Virus record (IMG/VR): IMGVR_UViG_3300035670_000140
Span: 1 to 64,000 of that record
Length of the DNA: 64,000 nt
Reading direction: 5' to 3' (one strand)
DNA from: a virus
Below the pieces are notes generated by a model. It did not search any database. It was not told where the DNA came from and saw only the letters and a program-made list of their open reading frames with translations. Made by a program: the position numbers and the translations under genes. This document shows positions 1 through 7,766 of this stretch, piece by piece (position 1 is the stretch's first letter; every line of letters begins with the position of its first letter).

Positions 1-2
1 CA

Positions 3-143
3 GGAGTTGTGAGAGTTATGACAACTCAACAAGCACTCAACGAACAGTGTGGGACTAACTACAACTTCTTCCAAGTTGCTACTGCGGGTGATAATCTTTC
101 CCGTCTTTGCCAAATCAAAAATCAAACTGTGACGATCAAATGA
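3..143 (+). CDS. Hypothetical protein, probably 5'-truncated by the window edge
   Basis: Open frame to TGA 141-143, which overlaps the next ATG (ATGA coupling). Confidence 0.5.
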   Translation, partial: GVVRVMTTQQALNEQCGTNYNFFQVATAGDNLSRLCQIKNQTVTIK

Positions 144-307
144 CTGAACAACAAGAACTTCTCAAAGATTATCAAAAAGAAGTTGAGAAATGTTGGGAAC
201 TTGCTCAAAAACTTGATACTCTAAATCCTGAACTTGTTGGTGCCTTTACTGGAACTCCAAGTCAAAGGATTGAACGACAACTTTATGCTCTTGGTGTATT
301 GGAATGA
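140..307 (+). CDS. Hypothetical protein (55 aa)
   Basis: ATG140 coupled to upstream stop; stop overlaps ATG304. Confidence 0.7.
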   Translation: MTEQQELLKDYQKEVEKCWELAQKLDTLNPELVGAFTGTPSQRIERQLYALGVLE

Positions 308-471
308 AACTCTTAATCAAATTTCTATTTCAAATACCACTACTTTACTTTTTAGTCTTTGGAGTAAATTCAATCGTCGGTGATAACTTTTGGATTTCTT
401 CTCTGGTTATAACTGCTGTCTTATTCCTTTATACTACTGGTGATTACCTTGATGGAGAAAAAGATGACTGA
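304..471 (+). CDS. Small hydrophobic (membrane) protein (55 aa)
   Basis: Manually read ORF MKLLIKFLFQIPLLYFLVFGVNS...FWISSLVITAVLFLYT; two hydrophobic segments; fills the gap between coupled ORFs. Confidence 0.65.
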   Translation: MKLLIKFLFQIPLLYFLVFGVNSIVGDNFWISSLVITAVLFLYTTGDYLDGEKDD

Positions 472-691
472 ACAACGAAAACTATGTAAAGATTGTCTCT
501 ACTATGAGAAAAGTTGGTTAGGTCATCTTTTTGGAAATAACTCACTTGATAGGTGTTACAATCCAATCGTAACTGGTGATTTGATAACTGGAGATATAAA
601 GAGTAAATCTTGTGAAGATGCCAGAGATTTTGAGATGTATTGTGGTAAAGATGGCAAGCATTTTGAGCAACTATGGGAGGATAGGAAATGA
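464..691 (+). CDS. Cys-rich hypothetical protein
   Basis: MTEQRKLCKDC... with CxxC and further Cys; GGAG upstream of ATG464. Confidence 0.75.
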   Translation: MTEQRKLCKDCLYYEKSWLGHLFGNNSLDRCYNPIVTGDLITGDIKSKSCEDARDFEMYCGKDGKHFEQLWEDRK

Positions 692-870
692 ATAAAGTAA
701 AATTCACACAAGTATCACGAGTGATTGACCCGAAGACCCGTATTCATTATCTTGATGCTGTTGATGAGAATGGAATACACTGGGTTGCTCAACAAGAAAT
801 TGGTGTGGAACGGTGGATTACATACAAAGAAGTTTGGAAAAGAGACCCTCAACAACCATTAGACCTATGA
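688..870 (+). CDS. Hypothetical protein
   Basis: GGAGG SD; ATGA overlaps on both sides. Confidence 0.75.
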   Translation: MNKVKFTQVSRVIDPKTRIHYLDAVDENGIHWVAQQEIGVERWITYKEVWKRDPQQPLDL

Positions 871-1169
871 CTGAATTTCAACCAAAACCACAAACACCAG
901 AACAAGTGGATCAAGGGCTTCGTGATGCTATGAAACAAGCAAAAGAAGATGGTGTATTTGACCTCGATAAACTACTCGATAAACATTTCAGGCGCCCACC
1001 ATCATTGTGGAATGTAATGAGGCATCAACTTGGTTTCTCTATTGATATGTGTGATGAGATTGTGGATGCTGTGGAAGAATGGATGCCGAAAGAACATGAT
1101 ACAAACTCCTATGTATGGAACAAGTGTGTTAGAATGTTGAGAGAACGACTTTGGGACCAACCAGAATGA
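867..1169 (+). CDS. Hypothetical protein
   Basis: ATG867 coupled to the previous stop. Confidence 0.7.
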   Translation: MTEFQPKPQTPEQVDQGLRDAMKQAKEDGVFDLDKLLDKHFRRPPSLWNVMRHQLGFSIDMCDEIVDAVEEWMPKEHDTNSYVWNKCVRMLRERLWDQPE

Positions 1170-1537
1170 CTAGAGAACAAGCAGAAATGTTACGACACTT
1201 AATTCAAAGTGAAATTGAATATGCTCAGATTGATGGTATGGAGCATGGTGTTTGGGGTTGGGCAGAACAACAACTAAATCAAGGATGGGGAACCTTTGTT
1301 GATAGTTTCGTCACAGAAAACACAGAAGAAACAATGACCGACACACGAAAACTTGAGCTTCTGCTGACTGAAATCAAATCCACAGCAAAACGAAAAACCT
1401 GCTATGATGGCAAAGGTGGTGGAGATTATTATGAATATTCAGAAGATCAAGATATTATATTTGATGATGGTGATCGGTATGGTAGGATCACATTTGCCCG
1501 TGAATTGTTAGAAAGTATTGGTGAGAGTTATGAATGA
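1166..1537 (+). CDS. Hypothetical protein
   Basis: ATGA coupling; acidic phage-type ORF. Confidence 0.7.
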   Translation: MTREQAEMLRHLIQSEIEYAQIDGMEHGVWGWAEQQLNQGWGTFVDSFVTENTEETMTDTRKLELLLTEIKSTAKRKTCYDGKGGGDYYEYSEDQDIIFDDGDRYGRITFARELLESIGESYE

Positions 1538-1982
1538 AGATATGCCGTGGGTTAATCTCACACAAGAAGAAGTAGAAGAACTCCGCAACAAAAAACACGA
1601 ACTAACAGAATACGGCAAACAGAAAATAAAAAAACTCACAAAAGATGCGATTACAATGTATGATGAAGCATTAAAACAGATGAGCAATCAAGAACCATAC
1701 CCAGATGAAATGTTTGAGGAAGCTGAGCGTAGAGAACGTGCCAATCGTATCCTACAACGATACAATAACTTCTATAACATTGAATGCTCCTCCCTATCTC
1801 ATGGCACACCCATCACACCAGAATATCAACAAGCAATGACATTGGAGTGTATGTTAGATGCCCTACGTTGTGAAAATCTTAATCATGAGTTTGATAGTAT
1901 TCCCACGGATGATATCAATGATCTGATTGATAATCTGTATGAACAAGGTAGAAACTATTTGAAACGAGTGAAAAATGACTGA
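1530..1982 (+). CDS. Hypothetical protein
   Basis: 150-aa ORF overlapping both neighbours. Confidence 0.75.
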   Translation: MNEDMPWVNLTQEEVEELRNKKHELTEYGKQKIKKLTKDAITMYDEALKQMSNQEPYPDEMFEEAERRERANRILQRYNNFYNIECSSLSHGTPITPEYQQAMTLECMLDALRCENLNHEFDSIPTDDINDLIDNLYEQGRNYLKRVKND

Positions 1983-2181
1983 ACTCACACAAGAACAACG
2001 ACAAACAATTGAAGACGCACTCAATTCTCTTCCAGAAGTAGTAAAAAAAGGAATGTATGCTACTATGGAAGGAATTGAAGAACAACTTGCTCGTGGAGAT
2101 AAGATTATCTTTTATATGAAACCACATAATGTTCCTGGTGGTGTTTATATTGATAAAATGAAAGTGGGTGAAGATGACTGA
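1975..2181 (+). CDS. Hypothetical protein
   Basis: Overlapping ORF in operon. Confidence 0.7.
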   Translation: MTELTQEQRQTIEDALNSLPEVVKKGMYATMEGIEEQLARGDKIIFYMKPHNVPGGVYIDKMKVGEDD

Positions 2182-2482
2182 CAAACCATTCTATCGTTTC
2201 TTCGCCATTGATTATCTTGCTACAGGTGAAGGTAGATCATTCTGGTTGATGATTTGTCGTAACTATCAACGAGGTGATGATAAAGATCGTCAAAAAGAGA
2301 AGTTTGTAAATTTCGTTGGTATGGGTGCAAGTCATTACATGCACGGATTCGAAGAACTCACAGAGCGAGAGTTTCTAGACAAGTATACGAGATTCATCCC
2401 ATACTTTGTCGCTGAAATGATGCAACGAAGAGATCAACCAGCATTCACTTGGCAAACACATTTACATTTTAATTACTCATGA
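2174..2482 (+). CDS. Hypothetical protein
   Basis: Overlapping ORF in operon. Confidence 0.75.
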   Translation: MTDKPFYRFFAIDYLATGEGRSFWLMICRNYQRGDDKDRQKEKFVNFVGMGASHYMHGFEELTEREFLDKYTRFIPYFVAEMMQRRDQPAFTWQTHLHFNYS

Positions 2483-2673
2483 TGGACGATAAAACACTAT
2501 TCAATCCAGATGAATTCCTCCTTGACAACATCAAGAGCTATCATTATGAGGTGATGGATGAGGGTGAGCATGTGTGGATGGCATTCTATTTTAACAATGG
2601 TAATACAGGACACTTGAATATTTTCCTGAATAATGGTAAAATTAATACCAGATACGAGGAATGGGACGAATGA
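2479..2673 (+). CDS. Hypothetical protein
   Basis: ATGA coupling on both sides. Confidence 0.7.
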   Translation: MMDDKTLFNPDEFLLDNIKSYHYEVMDEGEHVWMAFYFNNGNTGHLNIFLNNGKINTRYEEWDE

Positions 2674-2918
2674 CAACACCAAAACAAGCAAAGGAAGAAT
2701 TACTCTACCCAACACCAACAATTAACCCAGATGCTAACCTAACCTTTGTTGAAATTGCCCAAACAAGCAACATCAACAATTTTTCTCATCATGTGTCATA
2801 CCTAGCTAACTTGGTCATTGGTGGTAAGACTAAACCAGAAGATGCGTATCAAGAGATCAAGAAATTGTATAAAGCACTGAAGCAATCACACAAGTCACTC
2901 AAAGGTTCATGGTTCTGA
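2670..2918 (+). CDS. Small protein resembling a conserved cyanobacterial family (DUF7219-like)
   Basis: NINNFSHHVSYLANLVIGGKTKPEDAYQEIKKLYKALKQS matches the recalled NLQEFAQRVSYICNLETGGKISPEEAY pattern. Confidence 0.65.
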   Translation: MTTPKQAKEELLYPTPTINPDANLTFVEIAQTSNINNFSHHVSYLANLVIGGKTKPEDAYQEIKKLYKALKQSHKSLKGSWF

Positions 2919-2919
2919 T

Positions 2920-3126
2920 ATGACTGATAGAGCACAGAAACTGATGGATTCCGTATGGCAAGAGCGTAACACATGGGCAGATACGGAAACTAAACTTGTC
3001 GCTGCGGTAATTCGTAAAACATTGGAACATGTGAGAACCATGACAGCACAAAAATTAAACAACTTGACGGTTATAGATAAGGGTGATATGATGACCCTAT
3101 CCAAAGAAGTGGAGAATCTCCCGTGA
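2920..3126 (+). CDS. Hypothetical protein
   Basis: ORF abutting neighbours. Confidence 0.75.
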   Translation: MTDRAQKLMDSVWQERNTWADTETKLVAAVIRKTLEHVRTMTAQKLNNLTVIDKGDMMTLSKEVENLP

Positions 3127-3368
3127 AACTATTTGATTACCACCACGTTTATGATTATGGACACGAATGGTATCTGAATGTATTCTGTACCAATCTATTC
3201 AACCTGTTTCAATTCAACGTGGATTGGTCACATTACCCATGCCGCCCTATCTTTCTAGCAAATATCCTAGGTGAGAGCATGTTTGGATTTAATCTCTCTG
3301 TGTACAGACTCACTATATCATTTGACTTCCTAGCTTATCGTCAACGTGATCTTAACTGGTATCGATGA
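3123..3368 (+). CDS. Hypothetical protein, paralogue of 4169-4417
   Basis: GTG start after GGAG; similar length and aromatic pattern to 4169-4417. Confidence 0.7.
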   Translation: MKLFDYHHVYDYGHEWYLNVFCTNLFNLFQFNVDWSHYPCRPIFLANILGESMFGFNLSVYRLTISFDFLAYRQRDLNWYR

Positions 3369-3700
3369 TCATACACAAGTGGATCATCGGATTTAAACCG
3401 ATTAAGTATACGCCATTGTGGTGGTGGTATCGTCTGATGTGCCATCACGGCTTCCGCTTTGATGATTATGGACTATGGAAAGAGTTCTGGTATTCGCTTA
3501 ACTCTGGCTGGCATCACCTAGAATATGTCTACCACTTTGAAGAATACTGGGGCAAAGGATCATACCCACCAGAGCGTATTACTCTACCAGAACAAGATTT
3601 TGATAACCTAATGGAGCGTATCATCGCCCCACCTGATCCACAAGTACAACAAAGACTCAAAGAACTGTTAAACCGTAAAGCACCATGGGACGATGATTAA
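3365..3700 (+). CDS. Trp-rich protein with C-terminal DUF1778/TacA-like segment
   Basis: C-terminus RITLPEQDFDNLMERIIAPPDPQVQQRLKELL resembles the DUF1778 C-terminal motif. Confidence 0.6.
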   Translation: MIIHKWIIGFKPIKYTPLWWWYRLMCHHGFRFDDYGLWKEFWYSLNSGWHHLEYVYHFEEYWGKGSYPPERITLPEQDFDNLMERIIAPPDPQVQQRLKELLNRKAPWDDD

Positions 3701-4049
3701 CTCAATTAAAGGAACAGCAACAAAGAAAACAACTCTTAATTGGTGGGAGTATTGGATTGGCCATTGTTGGATGACTGGTTGGCAAAGTATGAGAATGACG
3801 TTTCGTATCTGGGCTGATCTAATGACTTCTAATTATGATCACTATGCTCTACCTAGAACAGTAGAAGATCCAGAAGAAGAATGTAGAGAATGGTTCTGGG
3901 CTTCTATTAATGAAGATGATGTCTATCCAAGAGAATTTCTTGAATATCTCCTACAAATGGTAGAAGATATTGAACTAGGTAAGGTAGAGACAGTATCATG
4001 GGAAGAGATAAAGAAAGACATGGATGAGTTTCTAAGCGATGACGATTGA
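3693..4049 (+). CDS. Trp-rich acidic hypothetical protein
   Basis: 118-aa ORF overlapping neighbours. Confidence 0.75.
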   Translation: MINSIKGTATKKTTLNWWEYWIGHCWMTGWQSMRMTFRIWADLMTSNYDHYALPRTVEDPEEECREWFWASINEDDVYPREFLEYLLQMVEDIELGKVETVSWEEIKKDMDEFLSDDD

Positions 4050-4182
4050 AGTAATACAAGAAGAAGATCAATCATTGACTATTACATGGGATAAAGATGA
4101 TCCAATAGAATCACAACTTAATTACTGGACAGAAGAAGATTTTATTAATTGTATTAAGGAGAGAGTCAATGAAATTAATTAA
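4039..4182 (+). CDS. Small acidic hypothetical protein (47 aa)
   Basis: Manually read MTIEVIQEEDQSLTITWDKDDPIES...; fills the gap and overlaps both neighbours. Confidence 0.65.
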   Translation: MTIEVIQEEDQSLTITWDKDDPIESQLNYWTEEDFINCIKERVNEIN

Positions 4183-4417
4183 CTATGGTAGAGATACAAA
4201 GTTTGGTGAACTATTCTACTTCACTTTACTACAATACAAACGTTATGCACTCTTACAATGCTCATTCTCATGGGATGATGAACCAGGACTTCCGTATATA
4301 CAGATCACTAGTGGATATGGTAAACTATTGAGTGTACTATTCTGTGCTTATCGATTCGGTTTTGATATTGATTTGTTGGGTAGAGTATGGTATAAGGACG
4401 AAGATATTACATCTTAA
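4169..4417 (+). CDS. Hypothetical protein, paralogue of 3123-3368
   Basis: AAGGAG SD; similarity to 3123-3368. Confidence 0.75.
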   Translation: MKLINYGRDTKFGELFYFTLLQYKRYALLQCSFSWDDEPGLPYIQITSGYGKLLSVLFCAYRFGFDIDLLGRVWYKDEDITS

Positions 4418-4422
4418 AGCTC

Positions 4423-4884
4423 ATGTACGATAAACCACCACAATACTTAATTGATGCTGTTCGTCGTGGAGATTGGATCGATCCAAAAGATCCATATGTC
4501 CGTAAGATGATGAGAGAAGAGAAGAAAAAAGAAAAAGAAAGAAAAAAACTTTTACAACAACAAGAAGAAATTCCTTTTGAACTTGAACAACGCTTTATTG
4601 ATAGGCGTATAGAATATCTAGAACGTGAACACGAACTTTTCGAAAAACAACAGGATTCTATTCATCATACTATTAACTGGAACTATCCTCTAACTTGTAA
4701 ATACGATCATTGTGGATGTACATCGATGAGAATAGTTGAGAAACCTAATTACATACATTATGCTGAGTATGTGTGTAATCTGTGTCATCGTCATAATGCT
4801 TGGATACCATACAAAGATAAAGAAAAAGTATTAAGTTTTCCACAGGTTACGGAGCATATTGTGGAAAACTGTGTGGAAAACTGA
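4423..4884 (+). CDS. Hypothetical protein with charged coiled coil and C-terminal Zn-ribbon
   Basis: CKYDHCG...HYAEYVCNLC Cys pairs. Confidence 0.7.
   Translation: MYDKPPQYLIDAVRRGDWIDPKDPYVRKMMREEKKKEKERKKLLQQQEEIPFELEQRFIDRRIEYLEREHELFEKQQDSIHHTINWNYPLTCKYDHCGCTSMRIVEKPNYIHYAEYVCNLCHRHNAWIPYKDKEKVLSFPQVTEHIVENCVEN
4834..4882. repeat. DnaA-box cluster 1 (three boxes)
   Basis: AGTTTTCCACA 4834-4844 and TGTGGAAAACT 4860-4870 and 4872-4882; the core TTTTCCACA equals the cyanobacterial DnaA-box consensus. Confidence 0.7.
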
Positions 4885-4979
4885 ATAATTAAAAATATGT
4901 TAAAAAATATAGATAGAGTGAAATGTATTGAGTATAACTAAATGTCTTAAAAAGTCTTTTAAGGTGCTCTGTGGTCGTT

Positions 4980-5008
4980 GGCTTAGCGTGTAACCCATCG
5001 AAAGTCAA
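4980..5008 (-). promoter_or_regulatory. Possible leftward sigma70 promoter
   Basis: Minus strand TTGACT (5008-5003), N17, TAAGCC (4985-4980); weak -10; no ORF downstream. Confidence 0.3.
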
Positions 5009-5016
5009 CTCTAAGG

Positions 5017-5074
5017 GTGCCAGTACCCAAAGTGTCACACAGACCCCTTGTAGGTCCTCCTAGTGCCTTATAAT
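5017..5074 (+). promoter_or_regulatory. Early promoter cassette 1: dyad plus -10
   Basis: GTGCCAGT-N6-AGTGTCAC; TATAAT 5069-5074. Confidence 0.75.
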
Positions 5075-5098
5075 TACAGAGTCGAACACAGAGACCAC

Positions 5099-5272
5099 AT
5101 GCTTACAGTCACTGAGACCACCACGAGGCAACTCAATGCTAACGAGAAACTCTCCCTGGACACACAGAGGGTCACAGAGGCATACCTGAAGCACTTGGCA
5201 GCAGGTGAGAAGCACGAAGCAATTGCCTATGCTAAAGTGTTGATGCTTAAGGCAATGGCAATGGGTCGATAG
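5099..5272 (+). CDS. Early hypothetical protein (57 aa)
   Basis: ATG5099 follows promoter 1 and an A/C-rich leader. Confidence 0.7.
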   Translation: MLTVTETTTRQLNANEKLSLDTQRVTEAYLKHLAAGEKHEAIAYAKVLMLKAMAMGR

Positions 5273-5304
5273 TTTTCCACAACCTGTGGAAACTGTGGAA
5301 AACT
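5271..5304. repeat. DnaA-box cluster 2 (two perfect, one 1-mismatch)
   Basis: AGTTTTCCACA 5271-5281, TGTGGAAAC 5285-5293, TGTGGAAAACT 5294-5304. Confidence 0.7.
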
Positions 5305-5423
5305 CAATTTTCACTTTTTTCAAAAATCTCAAAAACTGAAAAATCTTAAAAACTCAAAAAGTCAGATTTTTAAGAATTTAAGATTTTTCAAAAACTTTAA
5401 TTTTTAAATTTTAAGGATTTTCA
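5305..5423. repeat. A/T-tract region with a perfect 14-bp inverted repeat
   Basis: TGAAAAATCTTAAA 5337-5350 / TTTAAGATTTTTCA 5377-5390; line 5341-5400 has 10 G+C in 60 nt. Confidence 0.75.
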
Positions 5424-5660
5424 ATGTTTTTTAATTCTTTCGAAAGCTCAGCTATTAAACAAATTGAATTTGATAGTAATAAGCTTTGTATTGTCTTTAA
5501 TTCTTCAGATAAAGTATATGAATATGAAGTAAAAGATGAAGATTTTCTAGATATGCTTCAAAATGTAATTGTAAATGAAGAAAGTATTGGTAAATTCATC
5601 AATACTGCTATAAAGAATAAAGCAATTGTTGAATATACTAATCTAAATACTGCTAATTGA
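5424..5660 (+). CDS. KTSC-domain protein
   Basis: SSAIKQIEFD..L.IVF....VYEY.V ... SIGKFIN..IK signature; AAGGA SD. Confidence 0.75.
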   Translation: MFFNSFESSAIKQIEFDSNKLCIVFNSSDKVYEYEVKDEDFLDMLQNVIVNEESIGKFINTAIKNKAIVEYTNLNTAN

Positions 5661-5687
5661 TTCTAATTACTAACTAATCACAGACTA

Positions 5688-5855
5688 ATGGCTAAAATTA
5701 ATCGTAATTCAGTTCAATCTTCGAAATATAATAATCAAATCGAAGATGATTACGAAGACTTCGGGTATGATGTAAAGAATGCCCGACGTTATAAAACACA
5801 ATCCAAACGTACACCAAAATTCAAAGATTACAGTGATGAGTATGACAGTTTCTGA
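5688..5855 (+). CDS. Hypothetical protein (55 aa)
   Basis: Manually read MAKINRNSVQSSKYNNQIEDDYEDFGY...; stop lies inside dyad 2. Confidence 0.65.
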   Translation: MAKINRNSVQSSKYNNQIEDDYEDFGYDVKNARRYKTQSKRTPKFKDYSDEYDSF

Positions 5856-5898
5856 ACTGTCCACTGATCACCCTATGGTGGCAGATCTGGTGTATTGT
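5842..5898 (+). promoter_or_regulatory. Early promoter cassette 2
   Basis: ATGACAGT-N6-ACTGTCCAC; TATTGT 5893-5898. Confidence 0.7.
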
Positions 5899-5922
5899 AT
5901 ATGAGTCGTCAGGAATTGACCT

Positions 5923-6093
5923 TTGAAAACTATTCGAATTCAAGTTGAAACTTACGATGGTTGTACAACTATCTGGTATGAGAAGTCCAGACTAAAGAAT
6001 CCCACCGACGCTATCTGTAAGCGTGTGAATGAACAATTGTGTGGATTGAATATTAAAAGGATCGAAGTGGCACTGTCACCAGCTACCGTGTGA
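5923..6093 (+). CDS. Early hypothetical protein (56 aa, TTG start)
   Basis: AGGA SD; MKTIRIQVETYDGCTTIWYEKS...; TGA inside dyad 3. Confidence 0.65.
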   Translation: MKTIRIQVETYDGCTTIWYEKSRLKNPTDAICKRVNEQLCGLNIKRIEVALSPATV

Positions 6094-6147
6094 CAGTTCA
6101 GCAAGTGTCCACAGGGGGTTGACTCTGCCCCCAATCCACCCTATATT
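6090..6147 (+). promoter_or_regulatory. Early promoter cassette 3
   Basis: GTGACAGT-N6-AGTGTCCAC; TTGACT-N17-TATATT. Confidence 0.8.
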
Positions 6148-6174
6148 GACTTCAGTTCAAACAACCGCTCTCAA

Positions 6175-6507
6175 ATGAGAAAGATCGAACGCCAAATGAA
6201 CGCTGCCATTCGTGACAGCAAGGATTGGCAATCTGGCAACACTCGTGTTGTGTTTGATGAGGCAGAGAACGTCTCCAAAGTGTTTCTCCATGGCAACCAC
6301 ATCGCTGATATCGGTGATAACTTCATCCGACTGTTTGACGGTGGTTGGCAATCCAACACCACCAAATCTCGGTTGAATGCTATTCTTCGTGAGCATGGTG
6401 AGACTGGTGATTGTGTGTTTCAGAAGAAGTTTGAGTGGTTTGTTCAAATGAACACTGCTCAAGGTTTGACCACTGTTCCTTTCTTTTCTTCGATGAGGTT
6501 GGGTTGA
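6175..6507 (+). CDS. Conserved cyanophage early hypothetical protein
   Basis: MRKIERQMNAAI...GGWQSNTTKSRLNA; directly downstream of promoter 3. Confidence 0.85.
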   Translation: MRKIERQMNAAIRDSKDWQSGNTRVVFDEAENVSKVFLHGNHIADIGDNFIRLFDGGWQSNTTKSRLNAILREHGETGDCVFQKKFEWFVQMNTAQGLTTVPFFSSMRLG

Positions 6508-6619
6508 GTCATACGACTTTCCCCTATCTTCCCACTTACGTTGAACTTTATAACTACCGAAATACAGGTAGTTTTTTTATTCTCAAAATTCTATATAAGT
6601 TAATCCAACGGAGGCACAA

Positions 6620-6739
6620 ATGACTTTTGAGGAGTATGTTGAGACAGAATTGGTTGAACAATTAATTGATGAAGATCTAGAGTTTGACGATAGATCTTCC
6701 ATTGTATCCATTGACTTTGATTACACTACCCAGGAATGA
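6620..6739 (+). CDS. Small acidic protein (39 aa)
   Basis: GGAGG SD; stop overlaps ATG6736. Confidence 0.6.
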   Translation: MTFEEYVETELVEQLIDEDLEFDDRSSIVSIDFDYTTQE

Positions 6740-6942
6740 TTATGACTAAAGATGTGATGATTTCACTGCTCCGTCGTTGCAACAATGGCAATGATATGCT
6801 AGCAGTTCTTGATACCTTGGTTGAAGATGTTCAAGCTGAGGTGATGGAAACTGTGACAGCAATTAGTGATACAATTGCTGAGAAGATGCCTGCCCCTGGT
6901 AACATCATCGTAGATGTTTACGGTCGTGAGGTAGTTTTTTGA
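6736..6942 (+). CDS. Hypothetical protein
   Basis: Coupled ORF ending just before dyad 4. Confidence 0.7.
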   Translation: MIMTKDVMISLLRRCNNGNDMLAVLDTLVEDVQAEVMETVTAISDTIAEKMPAPGNIIVDVYGREVVF

Positions 6943-6943
6943 T

Positions 6944-7001
6944 GTGACAGTCTAAGAGGTGGCACAGGGGGGATTGATTGCCCCCCTTTATCGTGTATTC
7001 T
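6944..7001 (+). promoter_or_regulatory. Early promoter cassette 4
   Basis: GTGACAGT-ctaaga-GGTGGCAC; TTGATT-N16-TATTCT. Confidence 0.8.
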
Positions 7002-7027
7002 ATAAAGGTCAAACGAACCGACACAAC

Positions 7028-7153
7028 ATGTGGGATGAGATTCAAGACATGCCTGGTGAGATCTTCGACATTGAAGAATGGGGTCATCCACTGGCAGAAT
7101 GTTGGCATGACATGGAATTGAATGAGTCTGAAACTGTCACCGAATCTAACTGA
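7028..7153 (+). CDS. Small acidic early protein (41 aa)
   Basis: ATG7028 after A/C-rich leader; MWDEIQDMPGEIFD. Confidence 0.65.
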   Translation: MWDEIQDMPGEIFDIEEWGHPLAECWHDMELNESETVTESN

Positions 7154-7160
7154 AACTATC

Positions 7161-7334
7161 ATGGATCGTAAAGAACTTCAGGATCAACTTGTCCAGCAAA
7201 TGTTGGATGACATGGATCTAAAGACCATGACCTGCCTTTGCTATGATTATCTCATGGAGGGTTATGATAAGTATTCTGATGAAGAATTGACTGAAGAGGT
7301 AGAACAATACTACCCCGAATTGCTGGAGGGTTGA
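7161..7334 (+). CDS. Acidic hypothetical protein (57 aa)
   Basis: MDRKELQDQLVQQMLDDMD...YYPELLEG. Confidence 0.75.
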   Translation: MDRKELQDQLVQQMLDDMDLKTMTCLCYDYLMEGYDKYSDEELTEEVEQYYPELLEG

Positions 7335-7495
7335 TGATGTTGAAAGAATACCATTTCACCGATGAGCAGATTGATTTTCTGCTGGACATTGTGAAGTCTA
7401 ATGCACAGTATGAAGATGATGATTTGAGGGAATGGATGACTGAATTAGCTAATCAGATTGAAGACCAAATTGTAAATCATCCAACGAACGAGTAA
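7334..7495 (+). CDS. Acidic hypothetical protein (53 aa)
   Basis: GGAGG SD; TGATG coupling; manually read MMLKEYHFTDEQIDFLL... Confidence 0.7.
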   Translation: MMLKEYHFTDEQIDFLLDIVKSNAQYEDDDLREWMTELANQIEDQIVNHPTNE

Positions 7496-7519
7496 GGTAT
7501 ACAAACTCGGCGGCCGCGG

Positions 7520-7578
7520 GTGGACGGTTGAGGCACTGTCCACCAACTGCCCCATTGCCCCCCGATCGGTGCCATACT
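7520..7578 (+). promoter_or_regulatory. Early promoter cassette 5
   Basis: GTGGACGGT-N6-ACTGTCCAC; TGC-CATACT 7573-7578. Confidence 0.75.
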
Positions 7579-7601
7579 AAGGGCATCAAACGAAACGAAC
7601 C

Positions 7602-7766
7602 ATGAACCGCTACGAAGTCTACGTCCCCTCTGCCCCTTACGAGTCCGAGTCCACCTTTGATCTCGACCGTGCCTGGGATCTGTGCCTGTCGATGTCTGAA
7701 GAGTTCGGATACGCTCAGGTCCGCCAGAATGGCATGATCCTGGGAGACTACACCAACGGGATGTGA
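7602..7766 (+). CDS. Early hypothetical protein (54 aa)
   Basis: Manually read MNRYEVYVPSAPYESESTFDLDRAWDLCLSMSEEFGYAQV...; TGA inside dyad 6. Confidence 0.75.
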   Translation: MNRYEVYVPSAPYESESTFDLDRAWDLCLSMSEEFGYAQVRQNGMILGDYTNGM

